51,668 nt of DNA from Cyanophyceae cyanobacterium (lineage in GTDB: Bacteria; Cyanobacteriota; Cyanobacteriia; Cyanobacteriales; JBHJGN01), in the NCBI GenBank assembly GCA_050331735.1, contig JBHJGN010000028.1:1-51668 (forward strand). Direction: 5' to 3'. The notes under the pieces are model-generated. The model did no database searches. It was not told where the DNA came from and saw only the letters and a program-made list of their open reading frames with translations. Below, in pieces: positions 47,736 to 51,668 of this stretch. The translations under genes and the position numbers were made by a program. Every line of letters starts with the position of its first letter. The first letter of the stretch is position 1.

Positions 47736-47865
47736 AATTAACAGCTAGGTTGTTTTGACTTCAATGGCAATAGTTCCCAATTTGCGTCGATCTCCGCTCA
47801 CCAATTCATGAACAAGCTTCTTCATGCCTTTTGCTTTGTAGTTGGCGCATTCTACAACTTCAGAA

Positions 47866-48744
47866 CTAGGGAAAACTTACTTCTGCCCAAATGCGAGTCT
47901 TTTCTACATCAGAGTTTGTATCGACAAAAGCTTCTATTCGATTAATCTCTACCTGCTGACCTGTTTTAAGAGGATTACTTGCTTTTTCAGCTAGTTTAAA
48001 ATTGGGAGGTTGTGGCACGTTACGACGCAAGTTTACACCTGTTTTGAGGGTTACTACTTCTCCTGGTACAGGAACAATAGATGGAGTAATTGACACAGGC
48101 TGACTTTTTGTAGGGATTAATGGTTCATTATAAGAAAAAGTACCAGACGTATTATTAACAGCACCTATCCATATCCAACCGATAGCTTCAGACTGAGTTA
48201 CTGCGGTAGAACGATTTAAACTCGTTTTTTCTGGCTGAGGAGAATAAGAATTATTAGAATTAGTATTATGTTGAGCTGCCTGAGATGGTAAATAGTTTGA
48301 CTCAGCAGTAGGCAAGGGCTGAGTATTATTCAAACTCATTTCTATGTCGAAAGTTGTAGAAGCTTTTATAGCAGAAATTTGTATTATATAGCTACCTGTT
48401 TGTGGCAGAATACTGCTTTGTAAAGCTTTGCTTTCTGGAGTGTAAATTAAAACACAAATATCTTTGTTAACTTGATTATCAAGTTTTTGTCTTTTCTGAG
48501 CTTTAAAAGCATACGCTATCGGTTTACTTTTATGCGCTATTCCAGATTCTTGAGTTGGCTGCTCGTTTAGTTCAATCATTTTTACATTTCTGCTGCTTAA
48601 GCTAAAATTTTGCTTTTCAGGGCACTTTTCTTTCTCGGTTGATAAATCTCGTTCTGTAGAGTTAGTCCTTTCGTGCTTTAGATTAGAACAGCTAACGCAA
48701 ACGAGTATCAAAGAAACAAGATAACAAATCTTTAGTTTAAACAT
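47866..48744 (-). CDS. Hypothetical lipoprotein with PPC-like beta domain and C-terminal SH3-like segment
   Basis: LVCVSC lipobox-like; YAFKAQKRQKL..ICVLIYTP..LPQTGSYIIQI; VNLRR..LKTGQQVEI; AT-rich. Confidence 0.7.
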   Translation of the reverse strand: MFKLKICYLVSLILVCVSCSNLKHERTNSTERDLSTEKEKCPEKQNFSLSSRNVKMIELNEQPTQESGIAHKSKPIAYAFKAQKRQKLDNQVNKDICVLIYTPESKALQSSILPQTGSYIIQISAIKASTTFDIEMSLNNTQPLPTAESNYLPSQAAQHNTNSNNSYSPQPEKTSLNRSTAVTQSEAIGWIWIGAVNNTSGTFSYNEPLIPTKSQPVSITPSIVPVPGEVVTLKTGVNLRRNVPQPPNFKLAEKASNPLKTGQQVEINRIEAFVDTNSDVEKTRIWAEVSFP

Positions 48745-48780
48745 TTATTGTATTACGTTTTAGTATTTTGAAAGCAAGCA

Positions 48781-49698
48781 CTAAATGTTTTTATTAATTA
48801 ACCAACTGTCTCTCTCTTTACTCCATACTAGATAAATACGACTTTTATAATCTTCAAACACTGTATTGTTGTTCATGACATACCATAATTCAGCATTGAC
48901 TACAGCAGTAGTGTGAGATTGAGCAATCAACGTTACTTTTCCTATTTTTATTTCTTTGACACTGTTCCACCACTCTTTATATTTAGAATAAGATGGTAGT
49001 TTTCTTTGAAATTTGAAAGAAAGTTTTTCCCAAGTTGGTTTATAATCGCGGTCATTAAGTTTTTTGTAATACTCTACAATAAATTCATCTGCCGCTGGAC
49101 GTTCTTCTATTTCTTTGTAATTTGTTAGACTAGTTGTTGAGGGAACTTGTTCAGAGAAAGATGGAGCTTGAGCATCTTCTATAGCTAAACTAAGTTTAAA
49201 AGTAGTAGAGCCACGAGGAACAGAAACTTGAATTATGTATTTACCATTTTCTGGTAATTCCACGCTGTCAAGCATTTCATTTCTTTGGTTATAAATCCAT
49301 ATACAAAGCTCGTTTTCTGTGTTGCAAGAAAGCTTTTGCTTTTCTTTGCCTTCAAAAATATATCCTAGATCTTTCCCAGATATTATTTGAGCAGATATGG
49401 TAGTACTCTGACTATCAACATTGACTTCTTCTACCTGTGCCGGACTAAGTTCTCCTGGTTTGTCTGAACACTCATCCTTTGCTGTTGCAGGATCTATAAT
49501 CGTTGCTTGTGTAGTATTTGAAAATTTTGAACAACCAATACATTGTAAAACAATAATTCCAAGGAAAAATACTTGTGGGGATTGTACCAGTAGTTTAAAT
49601 TTGGTAAATAACGACAAAGCACTTAAAACGTTTTCTTTAAGCAGTTGAACCGTCATTTTGTTTTTAGATTTTGCTATTTTTATGAAGGCAAATCTCAT
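48781..49698 (-). CDS. Hypothetical exported protein; N-terminal domain paralogous to 47866 ORF, plus NTF2-like C-terminal domain
   Basis: YIFEGKEKQKL..LCIWIY..LPENGKYIIQV; FIVEYYKKLN..W..LS..FQ..Y.EWW; start uncertain. Confidence 0.7.
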   Translation of the reverse strand: MRFAFIKIAKSKNKMTVQLLKENVLSALSLFTKFKLLVQSPQVFFLGIIVLQCIGCSKFSNTTQATIIDPATAKDECSDKPGELSPAQVEEVNVDSQSTTISAQIISGKDLGYIFEGKEKQKLSCNTENELCIWIYNQRNEMLDSVELPENGKYIIQVSVPRGSTTFKLSLAIEDAQAPSFSEQVPSTTSLTNYKEIEERPAADEFIVEYYKKLNDRDYKPTWEKLSFKFQRKLPSYSKYKEWWNSVKEIKIGKVTLIAQSHTTAVVNAELWYVMNNNTVFEDYKSRIYLVWSKERDSWLINKNI

Positions 49699-50000
49699 TT
49701 TTTATAGTTTTCAGTAAATTGAGAAACAGTAGTTGTGTTGCTTTTATAGTTCGGAGATTGTTTTTGTTTAACCAGTGCTCAATGCAACAAGGTTTAGCGA
49801 CAATTACATCGAGATGTTTTAATTTGTCAAGTATTTTTTAAGTAAACTTTAGTTGGCTTCGCTAACTTTCTTGATATACAATAAAGCTGAATAAGAAGAG
49901 GATTTAAAAGCTTTGTTTTAAGGCTTAAAAGCTTCTATCCTCTTCCTCTCATTGTTTTTTACAGTTACCGAAGCTTGAAGATTATCTTAATGATATTAGT

Positions 50001-50336
50001 CTATTGAGGATCGCCACAGACATAATCAGATCTGACCCAACCCTGAGAACCGTTATGATAGACATTCCACCAGTAAAAACCGTCACTCGCATATCTCCCG
50101 CTACTCAGCGCTACCGTATGACCGTTAGGTATTTCCTTGATCTTGCCAAAGTTTGTTCCCGGACCCATACGCAAAGAAAGACGACCATTGCCAGAACGGG
50201 TACAAACTTGTGCGTAAGTTCCTTGGTTTGAGGAATGATTAATGTAGTCTGTTACCCCTAGTCCAGGGCCGACCTGAGCCTTGACAGGAAGTGCAGCAGC
50301 TAGTAAGAAAGCGCTAGTAACAATAGTTCTGAACAT
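50001..50336 (-). CDS. Secreted SH3b-domain protein
   Basis: Signal peptide ..VKA|Q; LSLRMGPGTNF..IPNG..WW.V..GWVRSDY; AGGAG RBS. Confidence 0.88.
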   Translation of the reverse strand: MFRTIVTSAFLLAAALPVKAQVGPGLGVTDYINHSSNQGTYAQVCTRSGNGRLSLRMGPGTNFGKIKEIPNGHTVALSSGRYASDGFYWWNVYHNGSQGWVRSDYVCGDPQ

Positions 50337-50369
50337 GATATTAATCTCCTGAGTGAGTGAATGTGAGCT

Positions 50370-51056
50370 TTAAATGTTGACTTCGAGGTACTGAGGTTGA
50401 TAGGTGCGAATGAAAGAGAGAACGTGGTCGAGATCTTGCCGATTCGTCAATGCAATGCAGCCAGATGTCCCATCTTTACCGTTAGACATATCGAAGGACG
50501 GGTCATAATGAATGCCCAAAGCAGAGCGCCCGGTCTGAAACTGAGGATAGATGGGCAAAAAGCGATCGCCCACTTCTGGATGCGTTCCCGGAACCGTTGA
50601 ACTAGCAACGGTATAGCGTCCGTTAGGCAGTGGAGCTTCCGTTCCGGCAACATGACGATTGTTGTCTTGAGTATGACTACGACCAGTAACGCTTTCAAAA
50701 GCAGCAGCTCTTTGTCCGTTAGCGTATAAAGAAATCAGATAAAGCGGATTCCCTTGAGCGTTAGTATTTCCCGTCTTCGTGAGAGTTATGTAGCTACCTT
50801 GGTTGGATAGCTGCGAATTGCTCTGAGCCATACGATGTTGGTCGAGTGGCTGTTTTTCAATCGTCTCTGCAATTGAGGACGGGGAAATTGCTCTCAGGTC
50901 TTGCCGCTTCTGTGCGCTTAATTCGTCCGGTAAAAGCTGCTTAGTATTGACAGATTCAGCCTCAGATGGAGGTAGTAGATGTTCCTGATCAGCATTAGCT
51001 GTACAAGCAACAACTGCGATTAGACTGGCAGTTGCCAGGGTTATTTTGAGCAACAT
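50370..51056 (-). CDS. L,D-transpeptidase-like (YkuD/DUF2778-type) lipoprotein
   Basis: VVAC lipobox; APLPNGRY; LGIHYD....GTSGCI catalytic His/Cys motif; start moved to ATG 51056. Confidence 0.8.
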   Translation of the reverse strand: MLLKITLATASLIAVVACTANADQEHLLPPSEAESVNTKQLLPDELSAQKRQDLRAISPSSIAETIEKQPLDQHRMAQSNSQLSNQGSYITLTKTGNTNAQGNPLYLISLYANGQRAAAFESVTGRSHTQDNNRHVAGTEAPLPNGRYTVASSTVPGTHPEVGDRFLPIYPQFQTGRSALGIHYDPSFDMSNGKDGTSGCIALTNRQDLDHVLSFIRTYQPQYLEVNI

Positions 51057-51532
51057 AAATTTGGCTAGAATCTTATAACTGCCGCTGTGCTTTACAAGCA
51101 ATAGCAACATTGATTAATCACAGAATATCTAGCCAAATATGAATAAACATCGGTATTAATAAGCAGAATATGCCCTAAAATCCTCAAAAATGCGGGATTT
51201 TACGGCTTAATCCTAAACAATATCGGCAGTATAGTTGAGAAACTACTCAAGACGGAGCGGGAATAGCAACTCCGCAAAAATTCAAGCTAAGCACCGTAGT
51301 AAGCAAAACCTCCAGAAATTAGTTATTTCTGACTATGAAAGTTTTCTACATGGATACAGAGTCTTTAAAAGGGACGAGCTAAAAGCGTTACTAATATCAG
51401 TTTTATTCGTAGTATTTTTTCTATAAAGTTGCTTCTCGCCTTTATGCAGAAGGTTTTTTGATGAGTTTTCACGATACCAATGCCCGAAAATGACCAACTA
51501 TCAATCTGTTAAATACTTAATCTTCTTCACTG

Positions 51533-51668
51533 CTAGTAGACAACCAGATTAATTTTGACAAGCATTAAATTGGGGGAGAAGATGAAAGAAACTTGATGTG
51601 TATAACTAAATCCCATGCCAGACAAGTATAGTGTCAGCCTCACTGATGAGGAGCGCTCACAACTACTA
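51533..51668 (+). mobile_element. Left end of an IS630-family element with transposase start (ATG 51615, truncated by window)
   Basis: MPDKYSVSLTDEERSQLL resembles IS630 HTH N-termini; CTAG at 51533 followed by tagacaaccagattaattttgac as candidate end (boundary approximate). Confidence 0.65.

Noticed and set aside
51235..51426. 63-aa ORF before the terminal IS
   Set aside because: TTG start, no RBS or recognisable features
1..51668. Whole window as a composite transposon
   Set aside because: The two IS ends are dissimilar, and the interval holds core genes (uvrA, proB, gpmI, secG, ccmP)

Overview
Cyanobacterial chromosomal window: HIP1 octamer GCGATCGC throughout, plus ccmP, gpmI-secG and yqeG-proB. 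It starts in the 3' end of one IS630-family element and ends in the 5' end of another, so it may be a contig broken at IS copies. Left to right: secreted FAD oxidoreductase, aldo/keto reductase, MFS transporter, uvrA; an RND pump with a divergent PsrA-like TetR and three candidate operators; a ~12 kb putative osmotic/desiccation stress cluster (DUF389, coiled-coil protein, two YqaE/Pmp3, holin-like protein, TrkH, a ~1040-aa helical-repeat membrane protein, GH13, acidic hydrophilin, MscS) with a recurring upstream palindrome; housekeeping genes; then an accessory region. The best candidate for an undescribed system is the minus-strand operon at 38495-46374. There a Swt1-like HEPN RNase domain (RNQWAH) is fused to a vWA protein, followed by Zn-ribbon-FHA, pseudokinase-PP2C, Zn-ribbon-kinase-FHA and Zn-ribbon-kinase-TPR genes. 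It resembles a TerY-P-type phospho-switch that has gained a nuclease effector, and it lies between decayed Phd, Uma2 and Rpn genes. Other notable items: a ~150 bp MITE in four copies (one forms 36 in-frame codons of the Uma2 gene, one splits the kinase operon), heptamer arrays carrying C-GNA-G mini-hairpins, and a candidate sRNA or attenuator upstream of proB. All product calls come from motif recognition by eye; no database search was run.
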